From NCBI GenBank assembly GCA_002633005.1, contig NMRA01000136.1, positions 423,657 through 487,656 of the forward strand: 64,000 nt of DNA. Reading direction: 5' to 3'. Of the stretch, positions 26,213-39,609 are shown in pieces. This stretch comes from Phoronis australis (Eukaryota; Animalia; Phoronida). The position numbers and the translations under genes were made by a program. Each line of letters starts with the position of its first letter. The first letter of the stretch is position 1. The notes beneath the pieces are model-generated. The model did not search any database. It saw only the letters and a program-made list of their open reading frames with translations, and was not told the origin of the DNA.

Positions 26213-26379
26213 AAAATGCCTGACCATCAAAAAAAGCCATTTTCCAATCTGGCAAAGAAAGATGCTGACCGTCACTCCAGAGAAATGGATGTTTGGAAGA
26301 AGGCCAACCCCCAAGCTGCAGCTGCCTCCGGCAAGAACAAGAAAGAGAAGAAGGACCCAAACCAGCCAAAGAGGGCACT
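26213..26379 (+). CDS. HMGB: HMGB coding exon 2 (box A end and linker)
   Basis: CAG/GTAAGC, 167 nt, phase 0/2. KMPDHQKKPFSNLAKKDADRHSREM...KKDPNQPKRAL contains the KDPNxPKR motif. Confidence 0.96.
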
Positions 26380-27236
26380 GTAAGCAGGGTTGGCATTGAA
26401 TCCGGGTTTTTGTCGGGGGCGAGATTTCTCAAGATATAGCTGTGTAGGGCATATTATCAAGCTAAAATTCACTTTTGCATGCCAAGTGTTTCCAACTTAT
26501 GTGGGGGCTGATGTCGTGGGAGTTCATAAGTTAAGTGGTGGTTGGGTGGTGTTGAGCCGAGTGTAACGGAACAAGGGCATCAAAATAGGTTGAAAATTTT
26601 ATGGTCACAGTTTTGCTGAAAAGATGATGTTGACCATGTACGATATAACAGAATTGGGAGTACATTTTGTGTACTTCAGAGTTAACGGTAAGGCTTGGCA
26701 TGACGCCTGCTGGTTTGAAAATTGTGACCTGGATTTTGTAATTTCGTCCTGAAAATTGTACCAATTGGCAGAAGTCTACTCGAATTTGAGTTCGGTTGAC
26801 CTGTCTGGGTAATTTTGAAAATGGAAAATGTGAAATGGTTATCGTCTAAAAATAAGTATTGCATTTTGAAATCAAACTTTTTTGGGAATTGACGACCTGG
26901 GCACTAATGACATATTTCACACATAGCCCTCATCATGTCATGGAAATTATCAGACTCAGTTTGGTGATTTGCGACAGATCATTTTAATAACAACTTGTGC
27001 ATCATTTGGCCAAATAATCGAGAGAGATAAGTGAAATTTGCATATCATTTTGCCCAGTGGAAATTACTATGTTTAGTGGAAATCATATGGCCTCTCTCAA
27101 AAACTAATTACGGTGTAAACATTGGTGAAATGTACTAGTATACAGTGTAATGCTTCTTGTCACGGGTAACTGTAAATATTTCTTGGAACAATTTTTGTTT
27201 AAGTGAGCATTCAAAAAGACTAAGCATTGCAACTAA

Positions 27237-28214
27237 AGCTGCGTTTATATGCAGAACTTTTACACTCGTATGTAAATATACACCATACACAAATCTGAAA
27301 TCTTCACCCTGCAAACGTGATGTAAATTTACATTCACATCACGTTTGCAGGGAAATACAAAAGCAATATTTGCGCTGAGTACTCCATAATCTCGCATAGC
27401 ACAAGTTTGAGTATATTAAGAACGATCGACGGAGAGGTGGCAAAACGTATTTAATAGTGAAAATTTAAAATGCGAAGGGTGGTTTGAAAATTGTGAAATA
27501 GCATATCCCATTCAAAAGTTCTATGGGCCTACTCATTTTGTCAAGTAATCCTTGAATATCTTGTAAACCAATAAGACAATCAGGTCTTAATGGATAGGTA
27601 CGGGATTTGGTGGTACACAGGTCTGATAGCAGCAGCATTTCAATAAAAGTCAATATCAAACCACAACAGAGGATCTTTTGGGGGTTTAAAGGAAAGTGGT
27701 GTTGCTTTAAGAAGTAATGAGACCACATAAATAATTTTTGGTGGTGTGATCTTGCTTTTACACCTGTGTATAAATTTAAATCTCGTTCATGTGTGCCAGG
27801 TGTATATTTGCACACGTGTAAATGTAAATTTACACAACCTGGAGGCGGTGTAATTATACATCCGAGTGCAGCTTTTCACACGAGTGTATTTGCGTTTATA
27901 TGACAAAAATACACTTATTCGTAAATACACACTCGGGTGTAAATAGACACTCGGGTGTAAATAGACACTCTGGTGTAAATAGACACTCGGGTGTAAATAG
28001 ACACTCTGGTGTAAATAGACACTCTGGTGTAAATAGACACTCGGGTGCAAGTGTATGCTCAGGTGTAAGTACGCATTCAGGTGTAAATAAACATTTGGGT
28101 GTAAATATACACCAGGGTGTAAATACACATTTGGGTGTTAATACACACTCATGCAAATATACACTCGGATGTAAATACACACTCGGGTGTAAACACCATC
28201 ATGTAAACAGGGCT
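27237..28214. mobile_element. Non-autonomous PIF/Harbinger-like element with an internal 18-bp repeat array (HMGB intron)
   Basis: Imperfect TIRs AGCTGCGTTTATATG / CATGTAAACAGGGCT flanked by TAA on both sides (27234-27236, 28215-28217). Subterminal GGTGTAAATAKACACTC units are expanded at about 27920-28195. Confidence 0.7.
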
Positions 28215-28332
28215 TAAGTAATTGCTGGGTGGGTGTTTAACTGTGATGCGCATTTCAAAGCAAGAATTCAAAAAGTTATGGAGTTTTAACGTTCACAAAT
28301 ATGGCAAGCAAGTTTAACTCTCTTCCCTTCAG

Positions 28333-28507
28333 GTCAGCTTTCTTCTTCTTCTGTGGAGAGAAGCGTACACAGGTGAAGGCGGAGAACCCTAGCTTCTCGG
28401 TTGGTGAAATTGCCAAGAGGCTGGGCGAATACTGGCGCAATATGTCCGAGGAAGACCAGAAGGTATACCAGGAAATGCACAATAAGGACAAGTCTCGCTA
28501 CGACAAG
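28333..28507 (+). CDS. HMGB: HMGB coding exon 3 (box B)
   Basis: CAG/GTTAGT, 175 nt, phase 2/0. SAFFFFCGEKRTQVKAENPSFSVGEIAKRLGEYW...DKSRYDK. Confidence 0.97.
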
Positions 28508-28671
28508 GTTAGTATTTATAGAAATATTTGCAGACATGTGTAGGCCACTCGGATGGACCCATTGCATTTATCACCCGAAACAATTTGTATGCTTTATTAA
28601 TAAATAAATTTGTTATTCTTAATCTTATTAATATATATAATTATAAACTGAGCTGATTCAAGAATCTATCA

Positions 28672-28749
28672 GTGTGTCCCAGTGGAATTCTAACCCATGA
28701 CCTTGAGTAAAGGAAGCGCACACTTATCCCACTGGGCCACACTGCCTCC
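28672..28749 (-). mobile_element. tRNA-derived SINE head (degenerate)
   Basis: Minus strand has an A-box TGGCCCAGTGG and a B-box-like GGTTAGAATTCC with tRNA spacing. No intact cloverleaf. Confidence 0.5.
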
Positions 28750-29423
28750 TCTTGACAAGGTCAGTAGATTTTACAAGTTTTCTGCAGACAACCCCAGGGC
28801 ATTTATTAAAAAAATACCAGTTTAGGGACGTGGCAGATACCCACTCGGGTGTAACAGTACTGTAGCTGGAGCAGAAACTGAGATAAGAAAAGTCTGTCAC
28901 TACTCATTAATACAGGATTGTTCGTACAGGTAGGAGTTTATTGTTGAACACGTTTTCAACTGTGGTTTTGGTGTCCATTTCCTATGAGTCTGAGAAAGTT
29001 TTAGGATTCAACCGGGCATATTGTTTCCCAAAAAATTTCTTTAAAACGTCCACTGGGCATATCTAAAGATGGGCAGATGTTGCTGCAGAGAACTCTGGTA
29101 AGGTTAGAAAAATATCTCATTGATACGTTTTAGTGATATTTTTATCAAAGCACCTAGAAATGTACGTATTGATGTGAATATGTACAGAGGTTGGGAACTT
29201 GGGTTATCCGCTTAAACATGTTTTATTTTCACTTAATAGAGAATACTTATAGTTTGTGACCTGTGGTCCGTTCGTTTTATGAAGAGTGTGACTTAATAGA
29301 GAGTTGGTTTTGTGCTCCACACAACTATTTCTGAAAAATAATTGAATCTCACCTAAACAAAAGTGTGAAGTGTCTGAGAATAAACACATAACTGCTAATT
29401 ATTGAGATAATGTCTCTAAGTTT

Positions 29424-29721
29424 TTTTCTAGACTGCTATGCGCTCACATGATATCTTGACTATACTTTTCTAGACTGCTATGTGCTCACATAATATCTTG
29501 ACTATACTTTTCTAGACTGCTATGCGCTCACGTGATATCTTGGCTATACTTTTCTAGACTGCTATGCGCTCACATTATATCTTGACTATACTTTTCTAGA
29601 CTGCTATGTGCTCACATTATATCTTGACTATACTTTTCTAGACTGCTATGCGCTCACATGATATCTTGGCTATACTTTTCTAAACTGCTATGCGCTCACA
29701 TGATATCTTGACTATACTTTT
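29424..29721. repeat. 42-bp minisatellite, 7 copies
   Basis: Unit TTTTCTAGACTGCTATGYGCTCACATGATATCTTGACTATAC, period 42. Confidence 0.97.
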
Positions 29722-30440
29722 CAACAATTGTGAATTGGGAGTGTAAGACCAAATTTCTGTCTTAAGCAGTCAGTCACTTTTCATGAAGCACACCACAGAC
29801 TTTGTGACCAAACTAGTGATTCCTGTTTAACACTGGTGTTTGCAATTTTGAAGAAGCTGTTACATTTTAAGTAAACTTTTGTTTATTCTTGGGTACCCTA
29901 CTTCAAGCTAATGTAAAACAAGTTTGGCTTTGAGATTTCAAAAAATCTAACTCTGACCCCCACCTACTGCAATAATACAATACTTGCATCGTTAAAAGTA
30001 TACTATACTATACTATACTTGATTTTGGCCTTAACAGATGTTAGCAATGACTTTCCTATCTAGCACTGTAAAATAAGATAATGGTGTTCAACCGTCATCA
30101 ATTATCAAAGCCAAGAGTCGTGACTAGTGCTCTAGTCACACAACAACTGTGGGGAAAGTTCAAGGATTCCTCTTATGGATCAGTGAGTAAAAGCTTGTAG
30201 TAGAATACTGCTTTCAACATCCAATGTTGCATTAGCAGAGGGCAGAACAAAAAAATGGTTGAAAACACAAAAACATAGGATTTTGTATCCTTTTAGCTAA
30301 ATATTTTCTAGTACTTGTGATAAGTTGTGCTTGGATGTCCACTGCTGGATATTTTGACTTATAAACTGAGTCTTTTTACTTGTCTTATACACTCATGCCT
30401 TAATGAACACATGTTCAAGAGATGGCGCTTCCATCCATAG

Positions 30441-30584
30441 GAAATGGCAGAGTACAAGAGAGGTGGCGGAGGATCGCCAAGCAAGAAAGCTAAGAAGGGA
30501 CCACCTCCAAAGGAAGTGTCTGAGGAGGAAGATGAGGAAGAAGAGTCTGAAGAAGAGGAATCAGAGGATGAAGAGTCTGACTAG
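30441..30584 (+). CDS. HMGB: HMGB coding exon 4 (basic linker and acidic tail, stop)
   Basis: TAG acceptor. EMAEYKRGGGGSPSKKAKKGPPPKEVSEEEDEEEESEEEESEDEESD*. Total spliced length is 212 aa. Confidence 0.95.
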   Translation, partial: EMAEYKRGGGGSPSKKAKKGPPPKEVSEEEDEEEESEEEESEDEESD

Positions 30585-31179
30585 ACAGTCGTGCCCTCTG
30601 TTGGTGACGGCATTCAGCGAGCGGGAGTGTGGCGTGCGAAGATTTAGTTAGGCTGATCTCTTAAACCTGCTTCGTAGTCAAACATACCCATGTAGACAGT
30701 CTTGGCTCGTTTGGGTGCGGCGCAGCGACAAGATTTTCGGATGTTACTTGTTGTGTTGAAGAAATTGATGTTTATGAGAACTAAGCAAAGCACGAAGTGT
30801 AATTTAACGGGAACACAGACTGTTTTTTGGAAACCATCATTGTTTGTTCCAAGATATATTTGGCTGTAAATAGTTTATGATTAAAGAATAATAGTTGTGG
30901 CAGTAACACTGAATTAACATCGAATCGTTGATGGTCAGCATTGTTTTGTATGTAAATGTTTTATATCTGAAAACACTGGTATTCCAAATGGAGTTGTCTC
31001 CCCTTCCTTGAGTTCCAAGCGTATATTATCATGTTCCATAAAAGTTTCATTTTACTGAGTTTCATGACTTTTCATTGCCTTTATAAACCATGTGTTTTTA
31101 GAACAATCTGTGTATTATATATTTTAGTTTTAGTTGAAACGTGTATTCTTTAAACCTAAATCTAAGAACTTTTATTGAA

Positions 31180-31185
31180 AATAAA
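31180..31185 (+). terminator. Candidate HMGB polyadenylation signal
   Basis: AATAAA about 600 nt after the stop, at the end of a T-rich 3'UTR-like tract, followed by T/GT-rich sequence. Confidence 0.55.
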
Positions 31186-31879
31186 GTTGTGCTAAACTTC
31201 TGAATTATTTCTGTTATGTCATCACAACTTTTCCAATAACTCTTTCAAGAGTTGTAAATGGACTACCTTGAAGGAGGCAGTAATGAAGGAAGCACTGGTT
31301 AATTTGGGTGCTATGATTGGTTTTGAGCATCACTGTGAGCACACTGTGGAGTTGGTTTCTCATCATAACCCATTCAATACAAATACAGTTTAACTTGGTT
31401 ACACCCCATAATAATGGACTTCCGAAATCTTGTTTTGTTAAAACATAGTTCGTTGCAACGAGAATAGACTGACATACACCAGGAAAAACTGGGCTTGGAA
31501 GTTCGTAAGTTCTTGCTGTTAATGTTTCAAACAGGGTTCGTGTACAGAGCTTTCGTTCTGTGTTCTCGGGAGGACACAATATTGCGCAAAAAGGTTTTTT
31601 CCCTTACTTTAACAGTCTTGTGTTTGAGTGATTAATCATTATTTCGTACTTTGCTTAAGGATTCTGGGGCTATCTATTCAGCCTCATATAATGCATCTAA
31701 AATTTCAAAAAACACTCGCTCGTTCCCTGCCTAAATACTAGATGACGTGGCAGCTATTTACTAAGGGACTGATGAGTCTCGAGTTGATCCTCGTTGGTTC
31801 CTAGGCAATTACATCGCCCTGGATGACGCAGGAATGCAGGGGCCCCTATATGGCCAACCGAGGGGCTACGTGTTGCCTA

Positions 31880-31938
31880 GCTGGTTCCCTGCGTGCTTAG
31901 CCCAGCCAGCATCACATAGCGGCACGCAGGGAACCAGC
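31880..31938. repeat. Short hairpin/MITE-like inverted repeat
   Basis: Perfect 17-bp arms GCTGGTTCCCTGCGTGC / GCACGCAGGGAACCAGC. Confidence 0.7.
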
Positions 31939-33785
31939 GAGGAAGTTAACCCGGCCTCCTCTCTTGATTTCCGTAAGAACACTGAAGTGGGGAGAAAATA
32001 TTCTATCAAATGTTGAGTCATTCTATATGATGTGGTCTACAGGTTGACTAAAATGTTATTGGTTCTGGTCGGTCATTCTCCATCATTTTAAAATGTCTTC
32101 GTTAGCTCAACAAGGGCATTAGGAGTCGGTAGGAACGGGGTGTATTTTCACGTCTGACACGGCATAACTATCTTTTAATAAATATTTTATGAGAATTTAT
32201 TTGCTTGAGACATTGACTCGCGAAGTCTATGCCTGAGGAGATAGTGACTGAAAAAGATGGTCTGCATTTCATACCATATATTGCCATTTTCCGAACCCCG
32301 GGAAGCAGTCACCAGACATGATGATAAAAATTTTCTCTAGTATCAATCTGCATCTCAGTTCACTGAAGCATCGTGAACTTATAAGATTAGTTTTTTATTT
32401 AAAAAATCGTCTATGTATCAGTCGATTTTTGTTGATACATAAACATTTAAATCAGAAACAACGAACCCTGGCAGGTTATCAGACAGAAGAAAATAACATT
32501 GCCATGTTGGGCCGTCACATGGTAACACAAGAGAAAACAAAGGCCCCCCATGGAATTCCCGAAGACACGTGTGCAGATACTTGACGGGAAACCGGGAGAG
32601 CAAGGGTCGACGGAAAGTAGAGCACGGAGAGCACGGGAGACTGAAAGTAGACAGTAATAGGGAGATGAGAGAAGCATTGGTTGTTACCAAATGTTCTCAC
32701 TTGCTCATGTTTTGCTGTGTTTTTCTTTTCTCGATTGTCCCCGATCCAACGTTTATGCCGACCGCCTCAGTTTCACCACGACGCTTGTAAATTATAGATT
32801 ATGGGGGGGGGGCACGCGGTAAANAAAAGCAGAAAAGGTGGTGGTTTAGCATTACTTTTTCGTTAGAACAAACCGGTAATCTGACCGTATCAAAGTAAGA
32901 TAACACACGCTGCTTGTATTGGGAAACTAAGTTTGAATGTTCAGTTGATTACGCATTCTGCATCGTTTTCCAATAGATGGCGCGGTGTCTAAAACAGAGT
33001 GTTCTCTGTGTTAGTTCTAATGCCCATTCTCTCAGTGGTTTTCATTAAAGGCCAAAAATAGCAGTTGTTTCTTTGAAGAACTAGCGAACTCACGACTACC
33101 GCTCGTGTTGTCGATTACTTAAAAAACGAGCAAAATTACATTAAATCATCAATTTTCACCTCATAGCCGCCCATTCTCATGTGATTATTATGACTGTACC
33201 GAGACATGAGAGTACTCAGTGAACTACCAAAACCCTTCAAATTATAAAAATCAGGTGAAAAGCCGGCAGTGGGTGCCAACCAGAGAGAAGTTTTACAAAT
33301 CCGAAGTGTCTGCTGACCGTATTTGAATGTCCTTCTAATTTCAAGATCCATCGATCTCAGTTACTGAATAAATATTTTTAAAAAATCCACGACTGGCCTG
33401 CAAATTATGGGTATAAAGGCGCCAGCAACTAGCATTCTTTGAATCAAGCCAGTCAAAAATCAAACAAATTCCATTCATAGCCTTGACAGACAGTACAAAA
33501 CTCAAAGGGCCAAGCCAACCCAGCAGGCGCCATTTTTTAATGAAATTGTTTGGTAAACTCAAACAATTCTAACAAAATTTTAATTGCTACTTGTCAGTGT
33601 AACCGTAATGATTACATGACCACTAACCGACTTGGTTTTTAAGAGATTGCGATATAGACTGTACTGCCTGTCAAGTTGGGATTCCTCGATCCGTTTGTTT
33701 CACACGATTATTTTGTTGGCGCTATTGTCCAAAACAATTCTTGAAAGAATATCCGACTCTGATGGTAAGGGAATTATAATAACCA

Positions 33786-34098
33786 CTGGAGTGCAGTTGT
33801 CATGACTATGTAGCATAAATTGTCGACTTCAGGAAATTTGTTTAATGCTTAAGTCATGAATTTTATCTATACTCTACACAAATATTTCCGAAAAATAGTT
33901 TAATTTTTCTTCAGCGAGTCTTAGGGAAAACATAGTCATAGTTGCAGCCTAAATAAATAGTTTGTATAACATGTTGCTATCAACTGCACCTATGTGGTAA
34001 AAATTACCTAGAAAGTATTTAGTAATGGCGAAGTTGGAGTGTAAGATTAAAATTTAGACTAAACACACTAGGTGACTTTTCATGAAACAGGGCTCCAG
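33786..34098. mobile_element. Degenerate MITE
   Basis: Imperfect TIRs CTGGAGTGCAGTTGTCATGA / TTCATGAAACAGGGCTCCAG. Confidence 0.4.
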
Positions 34099-36624
34099 AA
34101 CATGGTTTTCGACACGTCACATGCCCGGATGTAAAATCATTGCCAGAGCGATATGTACCATAAGGACCACATCACGTTCCTCCATTGCAGCGATACTTAA
34201 GACCCACTGACACCCTTGGATCCGCGCCAGCATCTCACTCATTTCATTTATAGCAGAAGAGTGCACGACCCCTGGCGTGGAAAATACGACTAGAGATATC
34301 AGATATGCGACCCTACAACTTTTAATAAAGCGGCCATAAACCCACTTTCCATCACAGAAATCAACTTTTGATTTTGAACAATCACCGTTATGAAATTGGC
34401 GTCAATTTGCTCTTTAGTCAAATTGGCGGTGATGTTAGGACTTCGAGACCAGGCTCGTCAAATTGGCTTGTTACGGCGTGTCATTTTAAACGCCGAGCAT
34501 AGTCTCAAGGCATAACCAAGTGTCAGCACTTTACAAATTTAGAAATCAGTGTTCATCTAAGTAAGGAACAAACTGAGACCAATTTTATTGCGACAAGTGG
34601 TCTAAATAAAAAATCACTTCTCGGAGGGAACGAGTCTTTATGGCCAAAGGTTTAAAGATGCTTTTTGAAGTTAAAATCTTTTAAATGTATTCTAATGCAA
34701 ACCACACAAGTAAAACCATTTCATAAATAATGCTAAATCAACATCACAGTTACAAAACAACGACACAATTTAGACTACTCGCATTTTTCGTTTCGGGATG
34801 ATAGTTGCCAAATAACCTATAATCTGACAATCTGTGTTGGCATGTGGGTTCCACACCTAAAAAATAAACCATCACGTAGTTTTGTGGAAAATTTAAATTA
34901 AATGCAGAGTGTAACATATTAATCCATATCAAACTAAGTAAAAGTTGCTTCATTGCACAGGTTGTTAGGCAAAAATTTGATTTTTAGGGAAACAGTACAG
35001 TGATGTAATTTAAAAGATTAGGTAGGACTTTATCCACAGGTCTGTGTTCTTAAACAAATTTGAACAACGCTATGGAATTTAACTCAGCAAAAGTACTTTT
35101 TCTGAGATAAGAAAGCACGCAGAATTTAAATTTTGGCTTAATGATACACAACCACTTGGGTCACGTTATCATAAATATCTTTTTATCAAACAAGAAATGC
35201 TCATTCTAAGCCAAACGATGACATCAATAACAAGATCAAATTTGTTTTTATTTAAATGAACAATATAACATCTCAAAGCGCTGTTCTATGTCTTGTAACA
35301 ACTTTCGGCATGTATAATTCCAATTGTCGTTCGCTTTTTGTACAATAACAGTAAATAGTAACAAAAATATGACTTAAAGTTATGTAGGGCCTAAAGGCGA
35401 CCTAAAAGATTTCCCAGTAATGATGACATTGAACGTCTCGGAGAGACAAAGCGACAGATCGTCAACTGCTGATTGCATTAGACCCGTATCGAAAAAAGCG
35501 GTGTTAAAAGATTTATTAGGAAATGCGGGTTCAACCTAGTCTATTCACGAACATACTGGTTACGATCACTCGATGTTTCGATGGCCACTACTCGCGTCAC
35601 GTCTAGCTGTTCACACGGTTGCAACATTGAATGTGGTAAAAACTGCGAGATATGACGCAAGGTTGCATCACGTGCAGTAGTCACGCACGTTTGTGATATA
35701 TGTTATTGCCTTTTAATGGCAAAATGTCCGTCATAAATTTTGTTATAGTGCACGCGACAGCGAACACGTGTCTGCATGCTCCCTGGGGTAAACCTCTTCA
35801 CGAGACAAAAATATGTTGCCAAATTATTTTGTCGAAACACTTCTAAAAGGAAAACGCCAGAGGATGAGCATGAGGTGACGCAACAAACAAGACCATAAGC
35901 CTTTTCTATCAAAAGCCAATAATTTTGCAATGTGGTGTCGCAGTGAACCATAAAACTGTCTAGATGTTTTATGACTGAACAATTTGCAGTTATAGATTGG
36001 GTGACACACAAAAGCAAATCGTCTGTGCTATTTACGAGTTTATTTGATAATAATACTTTTAAACAGGAAATCATGCCGTACTATACAAATGCTACTATAC
36101 ATTGCAATACACACGCATTGGTATGAGAAAGGGTGGGGGGGGGGGAGGGGGAGTTCAATGGAATAAATCATTATTAGGGGGAAGGGAAGCACAAACTAAT
36201 TCGTGATCGATTTCTTCAAACTTTTGCGTCCGCGGACCCAAGTTCAGATAAATTCCCATGTCGCCATCGCCTCTGTCTTCCCTGACTGTCGCCAATTTTG
36301 TGCTCGGATTTTTGCTGTGAGACGGCCTCGACCTTTTTCTAAGAACATGTATGAATGAATATAAGCACGTTTTTAAGTGAGTGTAAACGATCCATGCTAC
36401 AAGTTTAAAAAATGGGGACGTCTTGCAAATATGTCATGACCATTGACTCGAAAAAATCAGCACTTGTAGTTAACAAAAGTTCTTTAAATTCGTCTCTCTT
36501 CTACACGTTTCGCTCTGTCTTTCTCTTCCCGACTGCCCCTGTCCTTTGCCCTATGCCTTTGTCGTTCGCCACCCTAACGCCTGCAAATTATTAAGGACCA
36601 CGTACCCTCTCGGTCCACCCCTCG

Positions 36625-37095
36625 CAATACAGTGCAATATAATAAAATTAGTGGCAGTATAATGCAACACAATGCTCTACAATACAATGCAATACAATAC
36701 AATGTTCTGCAATACAATACAATATTCTACAATACAATGCAATACAATACAACATAGGCGGATTTAAGGGGGAGGGGGGCAGGGGTGGTGGTGTAGTGGT
36801 AAAGCACGCGCGCTCTATCCGCCAGGTCGTGAGTTCGAGTCTGTGGTATTTGCAGTTTTTCCTGTTTGACACGTTCACTGTGTTTTTTTTGCCTTTTCTT
36901 CTTGTATAATACTTCAGGAATCAAGTAAAATGCTTGATTTTTAGAGGAAAAAACAGAAAAATTTCCTCCCCCCATTCGGTGCTATGCGCATCTACAATCG
37001 TGGTTTGCACAAATGCTTGCAGACAAAATGTTGGGCCTCCCTTGTGATATCCTACATCCGCCACTGTACAATGCAATACAATACAATTCAACATA
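36625..37095. repeat. (CAATA)n microsatellite interrupted by a MITE
   Basis: Degenerate CAATA/CAATG runs at about 36625-36752 and 37067-37095 flank the insertion. Confidence 0.8.
36753..37066. mobile_element. MITE containing a tRNA-like Pol III head
   Basis: TIRs CATAGGCGGATTTAAGG / CCTACATCCGCCACTG. Internal A box TGGTGTAGTGG and B box GAGTTCGAGTC at about 36786-36842. Confidence 0.6.
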
Positions 37096-39564
37096 GCACC
37101 CACTGTATAACAGATGTAAAATACATAAGCATTTTGGCATAGGGTACATATACGAGCTTAAAACCAATATCTTTATAAAAATAAAGACACTGATAACGAC
37201 AAAAGATACTGCGATATATAAACGGCAACAGACCAATAATCAGATCATGAGGAGGAACCTGTTTTAAAATATTTCAAGAAAATTACCGTGTTCCTATTTT
37301 CGCATTTTTATACATTAAATTGATACACATGATACAAGACACATTGTATACTTAAACACAAAAATAATACAACTTTTGTATTTTCATTCACTCTTCACAA
37401 TCATTCATAAGTTGAACAAAGCAATATCGAATGTCAAAAAAGGATGGCCACTGTAGTCTATCTGCTAACAAAACTTGTCAAATAGTAATTTTTGTGCAAA
37501 TGATTTTCTCAGTTTTGAAGAATCCATTTTTGAATAATTCCAAACACGGCAGCATGCTCATGTGGTTGATTAATTATTTTTTCTAGATCATGAATACTAT
37601 GGTTAACAGAAGGTCCCAGGTTCGAGTCACGGTTGTGACAGACTTATATTCATCAGGTCACGTGATGTGGCCACAAGTGACACGCTGACCAGACTTAAAA
37701 AAGTTTGATATATACATTTCCAAGCCGGTTTAAGAATTACAAATTTATATGATTACAAAATATTAAATCGACAATGTTTCAAAAATTTAGAGTCAACTTT
37801 GATTTATGTCCGATCCATCCGTTAAACAAGGTCCAAACATGAAACAAATTCATTTGACTGGCAAAAACGTAATATTGAACAGTTCCTCATTACAAATCTA
37901 AACAACTTGACACGACCGAAACAGATGAACTAAAAGGAACACAACTGTGAGTCTTTGACAGCAATAATGAAAAAAAAACCCTACCTATTACTACTTATTG
38001 GAGATTGACATATAACAAATACATGAAACATAAATTGAAAATCGTCACCAGATGGACATATCATCATAAAATATTTCAGTCATTACTCAAGAGTTGACCT
38101 ACTCTTCTTTTGCGGGTCTTGACTGTTGATACATCCAAGTTAATTAGATTTTAGCAAATGGTCGTTTGTAAATGTGGTCGCGAAGAAACGACTTAATTGA
38201 TTGATATTGTTTTTCTTGCATACTAAGCGACCTATCAACTTCTACACAGTGCGGTTTCCCCGCGCGTGCGTCACACGAGTCGACTAATGTAATCAACCAA
38301 TCAGAACCTAGTTAAACTACGCATCTGCTAAAAATAGTAAACAATGATTTATATGGAATTCGATAAGATCATAAGCTGCTTGATAGGCAGTAATAGAGGG
38401 AATTATTTATTGTTAGAATAGTCCAACAGAATACTGTTAATTTATTGTTCTCGGTTTTGTTTGGATGAAAAATAGAAACTGTTGCGTTCAGTCTCGTCGC
38501 AGACGTCCAAAGCCCTGGGGAAAATTTGCAGAGCAAATTTGCGTCCTTCATTCGCGTTGACAAAACGAGTTAAACATCGCTAGCAACACAGACAGTAGTT
38601 TCAACGCCACAAAATTGTAGCGCCAATGCAGTAGGGCGCAGGATTGTACCAAATAGCAAATTTTCCGCTTACCAAATTGCATGTGTTCTGAAGTTTCATT
38701 TGCCTAACCCTAACCCTCAAAAGGTACAGTCAATTATTCTGCGGCTAATACTCTTGTCGACGGTAAACTTCGTTCTTTTTCATATTTAAAGTTGGCAATA
38801 ATAAGTAATAAAAGTTGGGGGTAATAAAATAAAATCCATGGTTGAGCGTCTGAATTGTTTTTAATGAACAATACTGAGGTGATTACAACTTTCATCCGCA
38901 TGTGAGCCCGCTGTTACAAACGACTATGTTTGGCTTCGCTAATTACTGATCGAAGCCCCAAAGGTTCTTTTCAATAACTAAGATAGAACGAGCGATTGAG
39001 ATTTTAATTTGAAGGATTTCTTGTTTTTGTATTGCTTGTCTCTAATTAAACCCATCAGAGAATTAAATCGTCGCTCTACGATATCGGACGTCGTTCGCGC
39101 CGTCTTCGACAGCGTTAGGGAGAATTAATCTGGCAACATTAAACAGACAGTCAGATAACCAACTAATGAAGAGATAATTAATTAGATATTAGACAGAGTA
39201 AATTAAGTTATAATGATAATTTAATAGCAAGAATGCCATTTTGCAACTCAGTTTTAAACACAGTGTTTTTTCTGACGGTGGTTGGACACGTTTTGTTTCG
39301 AAGTGACGTATTCCTGTGTTTGTAAATATCTTTATTTTTGCTTTGGTATAGTAGCTGTCCATTTGATGAGAGATTAAAAAAAAATCTATTGCTATTTCTT
39401 ATTGCATGTCAATAATCTGATTATATTTTCGCTGGTTATCATTTTGCTTTTCATTTCTATTTCTTATCAGATTTTATCCACTCATTTGTAATCAATTAGC
39501 CGCATGAAAAATAAAACAAAATTGCTAGTCATCAATTACTAACGGATTAAGCAACTACAACTTA

Positions 39565-39567
<3 letters not shown>

Positions 39568-39609
<42 letters not shown>
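39568..39609. repeat. (CTG)n trinucleotide microsatellite
   Basis: About 13 perfect CTG units. Confidence 0.95.

Noticed and set aside
27787-28217. Repetitive ORFs (VYLHPS / FTPECL / GVNRHS)
   Set aside because: Translation of the 18-bp subterminal array of a Harbinger-like MITE.
31770-31800. CTGATGA hammerhead-like core
   Set aside because: No stem II followed by GAAA; it lies in the arm of a small inverted repeat.
36786-36845. Candidate tRNA gene
   Set aside because: A and B boxes are present but there is no complete acceptor or anticodon stem; treated as SINE-like. Similar degenerate heads lie near 7985, 14015, 28672 and 37550.
38704-38718. CCTAACCCTAACCCT telomere-like repeat
   Set aside because: Only about 2.5 units; too short to call an interstitial telomeric sequence.
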